Positions 30,301-39,764 of a DNA stretch of 39,764 nucleotides are shown piece after piece (position 1 is the first letter of the stretch; the number at the start of each line of letters is the position of its first letter). Source of the DNA: Chrysochromulina tobinii (Eukaryota); assembly GCA_001275005.1 (NCBI GenBank), contig JWZX01003111.1:1-39764 (forward strand), given 5' to 3'. The position numbers were made by a program, and so were the translations under genes. The notes beneath the pieces were generated by a model. The model saw only the letters and a program-made list of their open reading frames with translations. It was not told the DNA's origin and did no database searches.

Positions 30301-32030
30301 CAGGGCCGGATCTCGTTTCTGATCTCGTGCCGGATCTCGTGCTGTCTGACGTGTCGCTCTCTGCATGGCGTTTCGAGTGCAGCGCGGCTACGGGGCGCGT
30401 GCACGTGTACCTGCCGCGCGCTGTCGAGTCAGCGCATGACGCAGACGCGGCAGCAGGGGCGGGCGCACCCGACACGACGAGTCTCGACGTTTGGTGGACC
30501 CTTCATTGTTCGTACGCCACGGACGAGCTGCCGACGACCGACGAGGCAACGGGAGGCTCGGCCAATGAAGGCTCCGCTGCAGATGCTGTTCTGATGGCTC
30601 TTGCCAGTCGCTTCCTCCGTGCATGGCGCGCACTGTCGTCGCTGCAGCGGCGGCACTTGCGAGGGCGTCCGCTGCAGATGCCCCTTGAAGCCCCACCGCC
30701 ATCGCCCCTACCGCCGCTCCTCCAGCCGCCTGCGACGGCGCGGCATCGGCCGTCGCCACGTGTCCAATTGGATAGCCAATCATCCCCAGCTCGAAGAGCC
30801 TCGCCCTTGCCTCGCGTGGCATCGTGTGCGGCGGTGGCGGCTTCCACGCCCGCTGCAACGCCCTCCAGACGTGCTACTAGCGGACAATCCGCATCGTCTT
30901 CAGGTCCCGCGTCCGTTTCGCCTTATTTCGGAAGAGGCAAGGCGGTGACCGGCGTGGGCGGCGACGAGGACGTGGAGGGACCTCCTCTGCGTGACGGAAA
31001 AGGATTCGAGGGCGATGCCGAGGGCGACGATGCCGAGGGCGCCGACGCGTCAGCAGCGTCGTCTTCTGCGGCGTCCCCCACCCAGGCGGCCGCTCAGAAG
31101 AGAAGCCACCGCTCAACACGGCGAGAACGTCCTCGACACGAGCCGGAAGAGGGGGCTCCAGCCCTCGTGGTGTGGGGCATCGCGCGCACTGTCGGTCGCG
31201 CCGGGTGCATGACGATGCCCCTGGCCCTCAGTGGCGACGGCCGTGTCCTCTGTCTTGGCTGCTACACGCCGCTACTCCTCCCGCCGACGTGGCGTCACGA
31301 GGCTGCGAGTGTCCAGGCTGTGAATGCCGAGGCTGTGAATGCCTGGGCTGCTGCAGGGGCTGGCGACACCCCCGCCGACGCGACGGCATTCACAGCCCAG
31401 GCATTCACAGCCCAGGCATTCACAGCCCAGGCATGCACAGCCCCCACCGACGCGACGGCATCGCCAGCAACGCCCTCTTCTCCTGCCGCCCGTGCGCGCC
31501 GCCTTGCCGTCGCTGCCACCGCCGCATCCCCCGCTGCGTCCGCCACCCTCGCCCCCGCCCTCGCCGCCGCCGGTGTGCCTACCGCAAGCCCTCGCAGCGA
31601 TGTCGAGCTCTTCTGCGGAGGTGCGTGTCGTGCAGTCTATTTCGGCCGCCGGCACAGCGCCTCGCTGCGCCGTCAGCTCGCCTCCCTTGACGGGGCAGTG
31701 TGTGCGAGCTGCGGCCTCGATGCAGGCGCACTGTGCGCGCTCCTCACCGAGGCGCCGCCCGGGGCAGCGCGATCGGCCTTACTGCAGCAGCTCGCGCCAT
31801 CGATTGCGGCGGAGACGGCGCTGGCCGCCCGACTGCTCGAGGCGCCTCACCTTGCTGGCCATGCGTGGCATGCGGACCATCGGCTCGCCGTGCGCGATGG
31901 CGGCGGCGAGTGCACCGTCGAGAACATGCAGGTGCTTTGCGTCGCGTGCCACATCCGAAAGACGCGTGCAGAGGCATCTGCTGCCGCAGCCGCCCGGCGG
32001 CAGGCGCGACGCTCTGCACGGGACTCCTAG
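27312..32030 (+). CDS. ZRANB3: ZRANB3-like SNF2 annealing helicase/HNH endonuclease with N-terminal topoisomerase-type C4 zinc ribbon (about 1500 aa)
   Basis: GDEMGLGKT, VVDESH, LLSGTP, KLVIFAHH, VRIDGST and QAEDRLHRKGQ (SMARCAL1/ZRANB3 clade). C-terminal LFCGGAC...VCASCGLD...WHADH...GGGECTVENMQVLCVACH (HNH). Predicted intron 27831-28046. Confidence 0.85.
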   Translation: MSLGFQAAKSRKRSQFFVADAPSSRKRSQFFQPDESLTDGSPCPVCGTGVMRPRDGRYGPFLGCSLFPECRHTVHLGRESEQVLRRAARATVRVEVDTPDTLRVWSSDGTAEGQAVLRTALSRVTTAACSRSPRADWAAAAASARATATFRLEEHDDLLRQLGSGSVGLHVQPVRGLRLLASACVCLRLLASACVCLRLLASACVCLRLLASACVCLRLIASDCVRLRPIASDCVRLRPIASDGQVPACTLRFFRELPAEAVTAANTADAVAAHIARMPCRLRDSLLPFQRCGVEQLLSWDGRGLLGDEMGLGKTRQAIACVGALRPWPVLLIVPASLRIMWAEEFERWLPELLTPRDVHVIAGACDALHQDAPTPKVVVTSFRMATVLQGAFTARAWKAIVVDESHCLGTTARATDAQQTEVVAALAARTRHVLLLSGTPSLSRPFALFRQVDMLRPGLLGRDKWHFGREYCASVPLSQGWTAPLGGGSRDWELHLLLRSAVLARRRKAEVLMELPPKRRRWLKLPLVHGSVHGSEGEVPSTLAPSNEEKAGVAGLDTTTTMLVDRPDEPEARPEGDVKGGDPISHQSKYELAGLIKLPAVRLFLAEALKTQEAEAEAKAQAAAGEAAGEAAGDAVGETEPITCSRKLVIFAHHRRVMDGLQACLHATGTAHVRIDGSTPLPQRHLAVRRFHHEPSVRVALISVTAAALGIDLSAASECIFAELPPDAAWLAQAEDRLHRKGQSSAVSVTILIAHPSSAAACEALDEAAEEADDGMQHDCSIVAAPPVSNGAAAEVRVAEAPPSARRNNRRAISTRISPHISPEISPCAAASSAVATFATPKESASALARRRELQACRFDRRHSQLIKQSERAVRRVTDGPGMPGTASTSGMHVAAQEATKEAVEAMGEAVEEGEEAEGAVEQASTVEAMEVAQGCLMLHDGTRRSARLRTLCRPPKANVDLLPTQPPAAAALVRPPAPPPAPPPAPPPAPPPEAAGPDLVSDLVPDLVLSDVSLSAWRFECSAATGRVHVYLPRAVESAHDADAAAGAGAPDTTSLDVWWTLHCSYATDELPTTDEATGGSANEGSAADAVLMALASRFLRAWRALSSLQRRHLRGRPLQMPLEAPPPSPLPPLLQPPATARHRPSPRVQLDSQSSPARRASPLPRVASCAAVAASTPAATPSRRATSGQSASSSGPASVSPYFGRGKAVTGVGGDEDVEGPPLRDGKGFEGDAEGDDAEGADASAASSSAASPTQAAAQKRSHRSTRRERPRHEPEEGAPALVVWGIARTVGRAGCMTMPLALSGDGRVLCLGCYTPLLLPPTWRHEAASVQAVNAEAVNAWAAAGAGDTPADATAFTAQAFTAQAFTAQACTAPTDATASPATPSSPAARARRLAVAATAASPAASATLAPALAAAGVPTASPRSDVELFCGGACRAVYFGRRHSASLRRQLASLDGAVCASCGLDAGALCALLTEAPPGAARSALLQQLAPSIAAETALAARLLEAPHLAGHAWHADHRLAVRDGGGECTVENMQVLCVACHIRKTRAEASAAAAARRQARRSARDS
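27841..28040 (+). repeat. Intronic decamer tandem array, 20 x TGCGTCYGMT
   Basis: 12 x TGCGTCTGCT, 2 x TGCGTCTGAT, 5 x TGCGTCCGAT and 1 x TGCGTCTGAT, bounded by GTACGT (27831) and GGCAG (28046). Confidence 0.95.
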
Positions 32031-32143
32031 GCTACACCCCCCGAGGGTGCTGCATCTCGCATCGCGAGGTTTCACGAAATCACGGTTGACCTCCGAGGCG
32101 AGATCCCTTTTTTAGAGAAAAGCATCTAAGATTCCTCAAGAGA

Positions 32144-32850
32144 ATGGCGCTTTTCGGCTTGTCGTTCGCCGCCCTCGGTCTGTCGCTGTCGGCCAGGCCT
32201 TCGACGATGCTGACGTCTCCATTCCGCATGCCAGCGCCCGTGTGCATGGTATCGATTGATAGCAATATCAAGCAGGACGCTGAAGCGGTCTTCAGTGTTG
32301 TTGATGTTGACGGCGACGGGACTGTGACTAAAGAGGTGCGCGCCCAGCTCTCACATCCAATCACCCGCATGCATGCCTGCGTTGAACTCAGCGGGCTGGC
32401 CGTGTTGATTGCGCTCAGGAGCTCATGAGTCACCTGACCGCCAGCGGCTACAAAGCTGAGGCCGTAGAAAAGATCTTTGAGAAGCTCGACATTGACAAGA
32501 GCGGCTGCCTGTCGTTGGAGGAGCTCATCGCGGGCTTCGCTAACTACACCCCTCTGCGCAAGGCTCCTGGCTTTGGCAACTATAATGAACAGTTCAAGGA
32601 GCTCATCCACGCGGATGCCGATGCCCTCTTCAATGCGATCGATGGTAACAATGATGGCGAGATCACCGACGCCGAGCTGCGTGTGCACCTGCGACAGTTT
32701 AGCAATTTCTCGGACGCGGCCATCACTAACATCTTCTCGATGCTCGACACGAATGCTAACGGTGGCGTCGATCGTAAAGAGCTTCGCTCCGCGTTCGTGC
32801 GCTCTTCGGCGCTGCGTCAGGCCATTGGCCAGGGCCCCAACTTCAAGTGA
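32144..32850 (+). CDS. Four-EF-hand calcium-binding protein with a bipartite (plastid-type) presequence (207 aa)
   Basis: Exons 32144-32335 and 32419-32850 (GT-AG, phase 0). EF-hand loops DVDGDGTVTKE|E, DIDKSGCLSLEE, DGNNDGEITDAE and DTNANGGVDRKE. Confidence 0.88.
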
Positions 32851-33323
32851 GGCAAGAGACGCGGCAAAGTAACGGACTCACTCATCAGTGTGTCAACATC
32901 GACAGCATCGAACATGGGCACCACGAGTGTTCTGCCAGAATGTATCAAACTACTCCAAAATAACTCGTTTCCTATTCAGGCGCACGGGCCGTGCGGTGCA
33001 TTAGCAAAACGAGCGACGAAAGGCGGTCCCCGCCCCGCCCGGCGCGGGCGGCGTCGCGACCTGCGCCGGCGCGTCCCGCGGCGCGGGGACTTGAGACGCT
33101 TTCGATACCGCGGTTTGAACGTACGTGCCGCTCCGTCTTGCGACGCGCCCCACCGGTGCCGCGAGGAGCTGTGGCCACACCTGGTCCCTGGGTCTCTCAG
33201 GTACGTTTTCGGCGGGGCGTGTGGCCCGACGCCCGTGTCTTTCGTGTGACAGTGAGACGAGTCGACAGTTGTGAAGACGTGATCTGATTCTGGACTTGGA
33301 CGACGTCAGCCGTGTCAACAGCG

Positions 33324-35168
33324 TCACTCCCTGAGCCGTGCCCTCCATTCGGCGTCGACGTCCGAGCCGCGTGGGGTGATCCCAGCCCGCGTCACGTGCG
33401 GGCTGCGCACGTCGCCTTCGCTCTGGGCGAGACGGCACATCTGCGTTCGCGTGAGCGGCACGCCGTCGAGCACGGCAGGGCGGCACCGAATCCCGAGCTG
33501 GCGCTGCACCTCGGGCGTCACGTAAGTGAGCAGCTGGTACGCCTCGCGCCAGGACCGGCACGCTACGCGGCTCTCGGCCAGACCGACGCTGATCACGGCC
33601 AGCACGCCGTCGGAGGTGTGGTGCGCCCCACTTGGCCTCGCGCCCGGCTTGAGAGCCACGCCCGCTGGCTGAAGCAGCATCGCGTGGACCTCCTCGGGGC
33701 TCAGCGCGACTCCACTCTCAAAGTGCAGGCGCACCTCGGGCTGGTGTGCTGGATGCCACACTGGAGGGGTCGCTGGCGAGGCAGACGGTCGGCTGCCGCA
33801 GCGGCCCGGATCCACGGCCGCGACGCACCGCGTCTTTGGCGTCTTCGTGGGCACCGCGCTGGGCGCCTCCGCTGCCGCTGCGCTGGCCGTCTTCTCGCCC
33901 TCGCCCTCCTCTTCGTCCTCCTCCTCCTCCTCCTCCTCGTCCTCCTCGTCCTTGTCCTGGGCTACGCTCCGAGGCGACTTTGCGCCCGTTGCCAGATTTG
34001 CCAGATTGGACCTCGCCGGACCTCCGCGAGCGTTGGCAGCGAGGAGAGCGGAGGAGGGGTCCGCATGCGCGGAGGAGCATGTGAAGAGGACAGGCGGGTT
34101 GGGTGAGTAGGCGACGGTGGCGAGGGGTGGGCTCGTAGATGAGCTCATACACGGATGCTTGAGAGAAGAGGAGCATGTCCCGCCCGCCCGGCTGGAGCCG
34201 CTCAGCCGACGCAGCCGTGCGGCCGCCCGTGCCGCATCCGGCGGCATCCAAGCGAGCCCTAAGCTGCCCTCGACCGGAACCCATCCCTGAGGATGGTCGG
34301 CCACGGGGCTGAACGGGCTTCGGCCGCGCTCGGGACTCTCGCTCGCGGCCCGCCGCCGCCGCTGCTCCTTCTTCTCGAGCTGCCGTTGCCTCTCGGCCTC
34401 GTGCACTACCGATGCAGGCGAGGTGTTGCCGACGCGAGAGAGGCTAGCACGCCGTGCTATCGCGGCTGCGGCCGTGGCGCGTGCCATCTCTCCCGGGCTG
34501 ATGAGCGCTGTGGTGGGCAGGCCACGCGCTCTTGGGCTCGGGCCGCTGTGCTGGGCGTCGTGCTGGGCGCGGTGGCTGGCGCCGTGTTGGGCGCTCGGGC
34601 TTGGGCCGGTTGGAGAATTTCCGCGGTCGACGGCGGCGCCGGGTGCTGCATCGGCGGCAAAGGTCGTCGTCGAGGGGGAGTTGCTAATTGAGCGGCTCAT
34701 TGGCGTGGGACTGGCGACAGAGCGCGGCGATCGGAGGGCCACAGCAGAGGTCGACAAGGACGGCGCTCGGGACGGCGCTCGAGCCCCTCGGCTTGGCAGT
34801 GATGTCGAGATAGCCATGGCACTGGCGCTGCTGGCGCTGCTTCGCCCTGGGATGTTCGCCGCGTCCTTGAGCTTGATCTGGTCTGCCCAGCGTGACACGC
34901 TCTCAGTGGCGGTGGCGACTGAGCGCACGGGCGGCTTCTTGCCATGCGCGATGGCCACCGCCTGCGCCGTCTGGGCCTCGAGGAGCGCGCGCACCTTGCT
35001 GAAGTCGCCGCGCTGCTGCTCGAGACTCTGCAGCTGTGAAGCAAGCCGCTTCACTTGAGCGCGGCTCGCTGCGTCTTGGCGCCCTTGGCGCGCCCTCAGC
35101 TGCTGTAGCTCCCGCTCCATCTCGTCGGCGTGTGCGTGCAGCGCCGCGAGCTCCTCAGACGACGCCGT

Positions 35169-35200
<32 letters not shown>

Positions 35201-36572
35201 CGGCCGTCGCCGCAGCATTGGCGGCGTGCGCAGCGACGGCCGCCGCGTCCTCTGCCTCCTCGATAGGGCCATCGAGTGCCTCGGCGCGGGCGCGGTGGGT
35301 GGTAGACGTTGAGAGGACACGCAATGAACCATCTCTGTGGTGCGTGGCAGGCGGCGGCGGTGGGCGCGGCGGGAGCGCGTCGTTGGCAGCATTGGCAGCG
35401 TTGGCATGACTCTTCACCTCGCCGGAGCTCCTGCCATCGCCGCTTCTTCTTGGGCTGCCTGGCGTCGCGCGGTCGCGTGCGAGGAGTCCACGCAGACGCT
35501 CCTTACCACGCCGTGCCGCCTCTACGTCGGTGCGGGCGTTTTCGAGCTCATCGCTCACCTGATGAGGGGGGGCGATCCATTACAGTAGGGAGGCCATCAA
35601 GGGCCATCAAGCGGCCTCGACCTCGTCGCTCACCTCGATCAGCTGCTCACGCAGCCGTCGCTCGCGCTGCGCCCATTGCTCATCACTCTCCCGGTGCGCA
35701 GCCTTGGCAGCCTCGTGCTCCTTGGACGTGCGTGTGAGCGCCTCCTGCAGCTCGGCGACGCGCGCCGCCCACGCTTCGGCTGCACGCTCGCGCTCGGCCG
35801 CGGCAGCCGCTTGCTCGTGGCGCCGCCGCTCAGCCGCCTCTGCCGCACTCCGCGCCTGGGCATTTAAGTGTGTGAGTTGTTGCTCGCGCACCGACTGAAG
35901 CTCGCGCAGCAGCGCCTCCGAGTGCTCCTCCATCTGGCGCTTGGAAGATTCGAGCTCGGCCACACGCTCTGCGAGCACAAGGCTGTCAGCCTGGCGCGAC
36001 GCGCGCAGCTCCGCCGCTGCCTGGCGAGAAGCCGCCACCAGCTGTGGTGAGAGTGGCGGCGCAGTTGGCGACGCTGCCGAGGAGGTCCACGCCACCATCG
36101 GGGCCGAGGCGGCGGTGGAAACTGTTTTGGAGCCTGCGGTCCCTGCGGTCGCAGCGAGAGCATCGGCGTCCACGAAGGCGTCGTCGCCGACGACGCGTGC
36201 CGTCGCAAAGTGGACTAGGAGCGCGTGGAGCCCTTTGTCATCGAGGTCGCCCGTGTCCCATCTTGCGGCAACATCCCCGAGGAAAGCGACGGCAACCATG
36301 GTGGACGAGAACCTCGACATAGGCACAGCCGCGAAGAAGCCGCGCGAACCATATATGTACGACAGCAGCCGCATCTCTCCGACCGTGCGCGCCTCGAGCT
36401 GTCGTCCGATGGCAGGCTTGCTGCTCACCCAATGGCAGGCATCGGAAGCGGCTCGGAGCAGCTCACTCCCAGTGGCGCTCTTGCGCGCTGAGTGGCCGGA
36501 TGTTCCCGAATGGTCAGCGCAGGCGAGCGCGGCTCCAGAGGCAACATCGAGGACTGCCGCGAAGAGCAACAT
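33324..36572 (-). CDS. Large coiled-coil/low-complexity protein with a possible N-terminal longin-like domain (about 1057 aa)
   Basis: Exons 36572-35634 and 35558-33324 are joined by a 75-bp phase-0 GT-AG intron. The N-terminus MLLFAAVLDV...GFFAAV...VAVAFLGDVAARW follows a longin-like beta/alpha pattern (tentative). Confidence 0.65.
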
Positions 36573-36710
36573 GATTTTACGAAAACCCGTGAAGTTCACA
36601 GAGTCATTGAAGTCAGATTTGATCCGCTCCGGCCCATTGCCGTAGTCCGTGCTTTTCGAACAAAAAAATCTTAAATTTCCACTCGCTAGCACGCGTCACA
36701 GCTACTGGCA

Positions 36711-38840
36711 ATGGTGAAGAAGGCGCCTTTCCTCGTTGCCGCCATTGTCTTTGTTGGAGTTTGCGGCCTCATGGCGTCGCTCTTGAGCTTGCGGCACCTG
36801 ATGAGTCCGCCGTCTGAAAGTCCCGCCTTCAGCATCGTGCCCGTACCAGCGGCGCAGGCCACAACCGCGCTGCCGCCGCCGCCTCCCGCAAGAACGACTG
36901 CCAAGAGCACGCTCGGCGCATCGTGCGGCCGGGCCCGCATGAATAATACCGACGCGCGGATCACGCTTCGAGTCGGCAAGCACGGCTTCATTCGGCTCCT
37001 GCTGCGGCCGGAGTGGTCCCCTGGTGGTGCCGAGTATGCACGGCTCGTCGCTGCGGCAGCGCAGCCCACGTCGCAGGTCTACCGCCTCGAGCCCGGCTTC
37101 CTCATCCAAGGCCGCCTCGCCGCGCCGGGCGTGCCGGCTCCTCGCGACAATACGCGCGCGCCCAAGCTCATGGAGCGAGGCGAAGTCGGCTGGGCGGGAG
37201 GGTCTGCCGGCCCAGACTACTTCATCTACCTCGGCCTTGGTCCTGCAACGTGGTTGGGGAATCCGCACGAGGGCACCATCTTTGCAGAGGTGGCCGACGA
37301 GGAGAGTATGCAGGTGGCGAGTAACGTGTCGTTGCTGCCCGTGCCGCTCACGGCGCCCGGCCAGATGCACCTGCTTAAGGTACCTGTGCCGGTCACCGCG
37401 AGCCTCGGCCACATCACGCACGACGAGCATGAGACTGAGGAGATTGAGGAGGGCAGAGCCGCGACGCCGCGGGCTGCGGCGGCCGACGTGGAGGCGAGGC
37501 TTACCAAGGCCGAAGTCGAGGCGAGGCGCGTCGTCCAAACGAGTCGATTCGAGTCGGAGCCTCTCTCTTCCCTCGAAAGCGTCGCCGACGGCGTACCGAC
37601 TTTAGGAGTGCTCAAGGTGGTGGGCGCAGTGATCGACGCCTCCGCGGCCGCGTGCGCACCGAGTTGCCACGCACTGCCGCACACGGAGCTTCACGGCGAC
37701 GTGGTCAAATGGGGCGAGAGCCACGTGCTCACGAGCGCGGCCGCTTGCTGCGCTGCTTGCGAGGAGCACGCGGCTGCCTATGGCGGCGACGTTGCGACCG
37801 TTACGAGTGCCAACACTGGCAAGAAGCCTTGTAATGTGTGGGTATGGTGCAGCAACGCTGAGCGGTGCGGCAAGCGCCACGGCCAATGTTGGCTCAAGCA
37901 TGCGAAGCAGCTCTGGGCCGACCAGGCGCTCACCGTCGGCACCTCCGAGGCATGGACGGCGGGCACGGTGCAAGCAGCGCCCGCTGATCATCCCAGCGGC
38001 GCGGGGCGCTTCACGCCGAGCGCGGCGGACGCGGATCTCGCGCTCGATTTCGCACTCGCGATCTCAGAGCTGCAGCCTTCGGAGCCGTCAGTCGTCAAGT
38101 CGGCGGCCGAGGGTGTCGTTGCTGGCGACGCAGCCACAGCCACTATGTCCAAGCGCGCTGGCAGTGGAGCCTGGATGCGCACCGTCCGCCTCAAAATTCG
38201 GGATGCAGCGCCGCGCTCAGCTGCGCGGCTCCGTGCGCTTGCGCATGCAGCGGCCGCACCCGAGGCGGCGCGCGAGTGGGCGGCGGCGCTGGTGGACGCG
38301 GCCGCGGGGGTGGCGGCGGCGGCGGGGTGCGCGGCGGACGGTCATCAGGACGGTCATCAGGAAGGTCATCTGGACGGTCAGAGCCCCTCCGATCTGCATC
38401 TCAACCATCGCGATCTACCCAAGGCGTCACCCTTTGGCGTGCTCACAGGCGGCCAACCGGTGCCGAAGCACTGGGGGCAGGCCACGCTTCACGATGGTTT
38501 TGGTGTGCACGCGCGATGGCCACGCGGCGCAGCCATACTGCACGGCATTCTTGGCGCGGGCTGGGCCGGCACTGGCATCCGCAATGGCAGCTTCCGTATG
38601 CGCGTGCCCGTCGAGGCGCACCCGGTGCCTGTTCTGCGTGGCTCAGTGTGCTGGTCGACGCTCGGTGCGGACGGGCCGGACTTTTTCATCGCTCTCGCCG
38701 ATCATCCGCAGTTGGGCGTCGCGCATACCGTTGTAGGCGAGGTGGTGAGAGAGGACATCATGCTGCTCGACCAGCTGGCTGACGACGTGTCGCGTGGGCG
38801 GTTGAGGCTGCCCGCGCGCGTTCGTGTGCGCTCGCTCTGA
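36711..38840 (+). CDS. Type II membrane protein: cyclophilin-like + PAN/Apple + degenerate cyclophilin-like domain (709 aa)
   Basis: N-terminal TM helix. First domain VYRLEPGFLIQG...RGEVGWAGGSAGPDYFI...GTIFAEV. PAN cysteines CCAAC...CNVWVWC...CWLK. Second domain RGSVCW...GPDFFIALADH...HTVVGEV. Confidence 0.8.
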   Translation: MVKKAPFLVAAIVFVGVCGLMASLLSLRHLMSPPSESPAFSIVPVPAAQATTALPPPPPARTTAKSTLGASCGRARMNNTDARITLRVGKHGFIRLLLRPEWSPGGAEYARLVAAAAQPTSQVYRLEPGFLIQGRLAAPGVPAPRDNTRAPKLMERGEVGWAGGSAGPDYFIYLGLGPATWLGNPHEGTIFAEVADEESMQVASNVSLLPVPLTAPGQMHLLKVPVPVTASLGHITHDEHETEEIEEGRAATPRAAAADVEARLTKAEVEARRVVQTSRFESEPLSSLESVADGVPTLGVLKVVGAVIDASAAACAPSCHALPHTELHGDVVKWGESHVLTSAAACCAACEEHAAAYGGDVATVTSANTGKKPCNVWVWCSNAERCGKRHGQCWLKHAKQLWADQALTVGTSEAWTAGTVQAAPADHPSGAGRFTPSAADADLALDFALAISELQPSEPSVVKSAAEGVVAGDAATATMSKRAGSGAWMRTVRLKIRDAAPRSAARLRALAHAAAAPEAAREWAAALVDAAAGVAAAAGCAADGHQDGHQEGHLDGQSPSDLHLNHRDLPKASPFGVLTGGQPVPKHWGQATLHDGFGVHARWPRGAAILHGILGAGWAGTGIRNGSFRMRVPVEAHPVPVLRGSVCWSTLGADGPDFFIALADHPQLGVAHTVVGEVVREDIMLLDQLADDVSRGRLRLPARVRVRSL

Positions 38841-39438
38841 TGTCTGCGGTTACGGTGTTGGACGGGACGCGTAGTACTCGATACGATCGGCAAGGTCGAG
38901 CTGCACGAGGCCGGACGACGGGACCGGGTATAGCGCCTAGCGCATTCGAGATAGCCCGGCGAGCGGCGTGCGCGGTCGCGCGGTGGCCGGTGCGTCGCGC
39001 CGTCGGCACGGATAACAATCGATCCGGCATCCGCCTGTTGCACAAAAATCGCGCTTCGCGCGGGTTGTTCTCTTTGCGCGTGCGCTACTTCCACAACGCA
39101 CACGATAATGAAGGGCATCTGTGTGACACTGAATGACACTGTGTCGCACGCACCCCGGCCCACGCTGCGTCGCGTATGCGTCCTCGGGTGTAACCAACTA
39201 AAAACGTTCGGTGGCGCTGGCTGGCCTGCGGAACCTCTTGGCAACCCTCCAGGTCTCCGAGAAATCTCCAGGTCGCCGACCGGACCTTTGTCCACAATTC
39301 ATCTCCACGGTCGCTGCCATCCAACGAGCTCCTACTGCACGCAGCGCTCCCGCCCCCGTCGCGCAGCACATCGCCCCAAGCATACACACCCCATCAAAAG
39401 AGTCATGTTCCATGCAAAAGCATGCGATCCTCCTCCAC

Positions 39439-39762
39439 TCATGAAGGTGGTAGCGGCGCTACCTGACTCGCCTTTATTTTGACCGTGCCGATTTTTGCAG
39501 TCTCGTCCGAGGCGGGCATCTCGTCTCCCTGCCTGCGCATCGCGTACCCTCGCCATCGTGACTGCAGCAGCGAGACAAGGTAGTTCGTCAGCGCCGAGTG
39601 CTTCGGCGGGTCGAGCTTCGAACCGCCTTTTAGGACCGCCTGTTTGTTCGCTTTGAGCAGTTTTTCGGTGGTCGGAACAAGGGGAAGGGCGCAGCCCGCA
39701 TGCTTGTTGGAGAGGGCCGTGAGCGTCTCGAGGAAGTGAATGTACCCGCCGTGGTCGGGAAT
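39439..39762 (-). CDS. 3' end of a four-domain voltage-gated Ca2+/Na+ channel alpha subunit (partial; continues beyond the window)
   Basis: Not in the ORF track. My translation reads IPDHGGYIHFLETLTALS (pre-IQ/GPHH-type segment) ... YLVSLLQSRWRGYAMRR (IQ-like motif) ... SQVAPLPPS*, with TGA at 39441-39439. Confidence 0.72.
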   Translation of the reverse strand: MPDHGGYIHFLETLTALSNKHAGCALPLVPTTEKLLKANKQAVLKGGSKLDPPKHSALTNYLVSLLQSRWRGYAMRRQGDEMPASDETAKIGTVKIKASQVAPLPPS

Positions 39763-39764
39763 AT

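Overview
GC-rich, gene-dense eukaryotic genomic DNA, not prokaryotic. It is most consistent with a flagellated haptophyte alga (inference from short spliceosomal introns including a GC-AG intron, decamer tandem repeats inside introns, bipartite secondary-plastid targeting peptides, nuclear PGR5 and transition-zone CC2D2A). I can support about 19 protein-coding genes, 9 of them reconstructed across introns. In order: a Dpy-30/RIIa-type docking domain fused to an APH/ecdysteroid-kinase-like phosphotransferase; a CFAP96-like protein; an LRR-RhoGAP-like coiled-coil protein; a LAG1 ceramide synthase; a Myb/zinc-knuckle factor; a GT31 glycosyltransferase; an aldo-keto reductase; a coiled-coil protein; CC2D2A; an opine dehydrogenase; PGR5; a thioredoxin; an unknown protein; a ZRANB3-like SNF2-HNH enzyme with an N-terminal TopA-type zinc ribbon; a four-EF-hand protein; a longin-like coiled-coil protein; a cyclophilin-like/PAN protein; and the 3' end of a four-domain voltage-gated Ca/Na channel. 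The first kb is non-coding and rich in inverted repeats, resembling non-autonomous transposon material. There is no rRNA, tRNA, CRISPR array or transposase. I found no single clear multi-gene novel system; the best leads are unusual domain fusions, substituted catalytic residues, odd intron architecture and a PGR5/thioredoxin head-to-head pair. All homology calls come from motif recognition by eye, with no database search.
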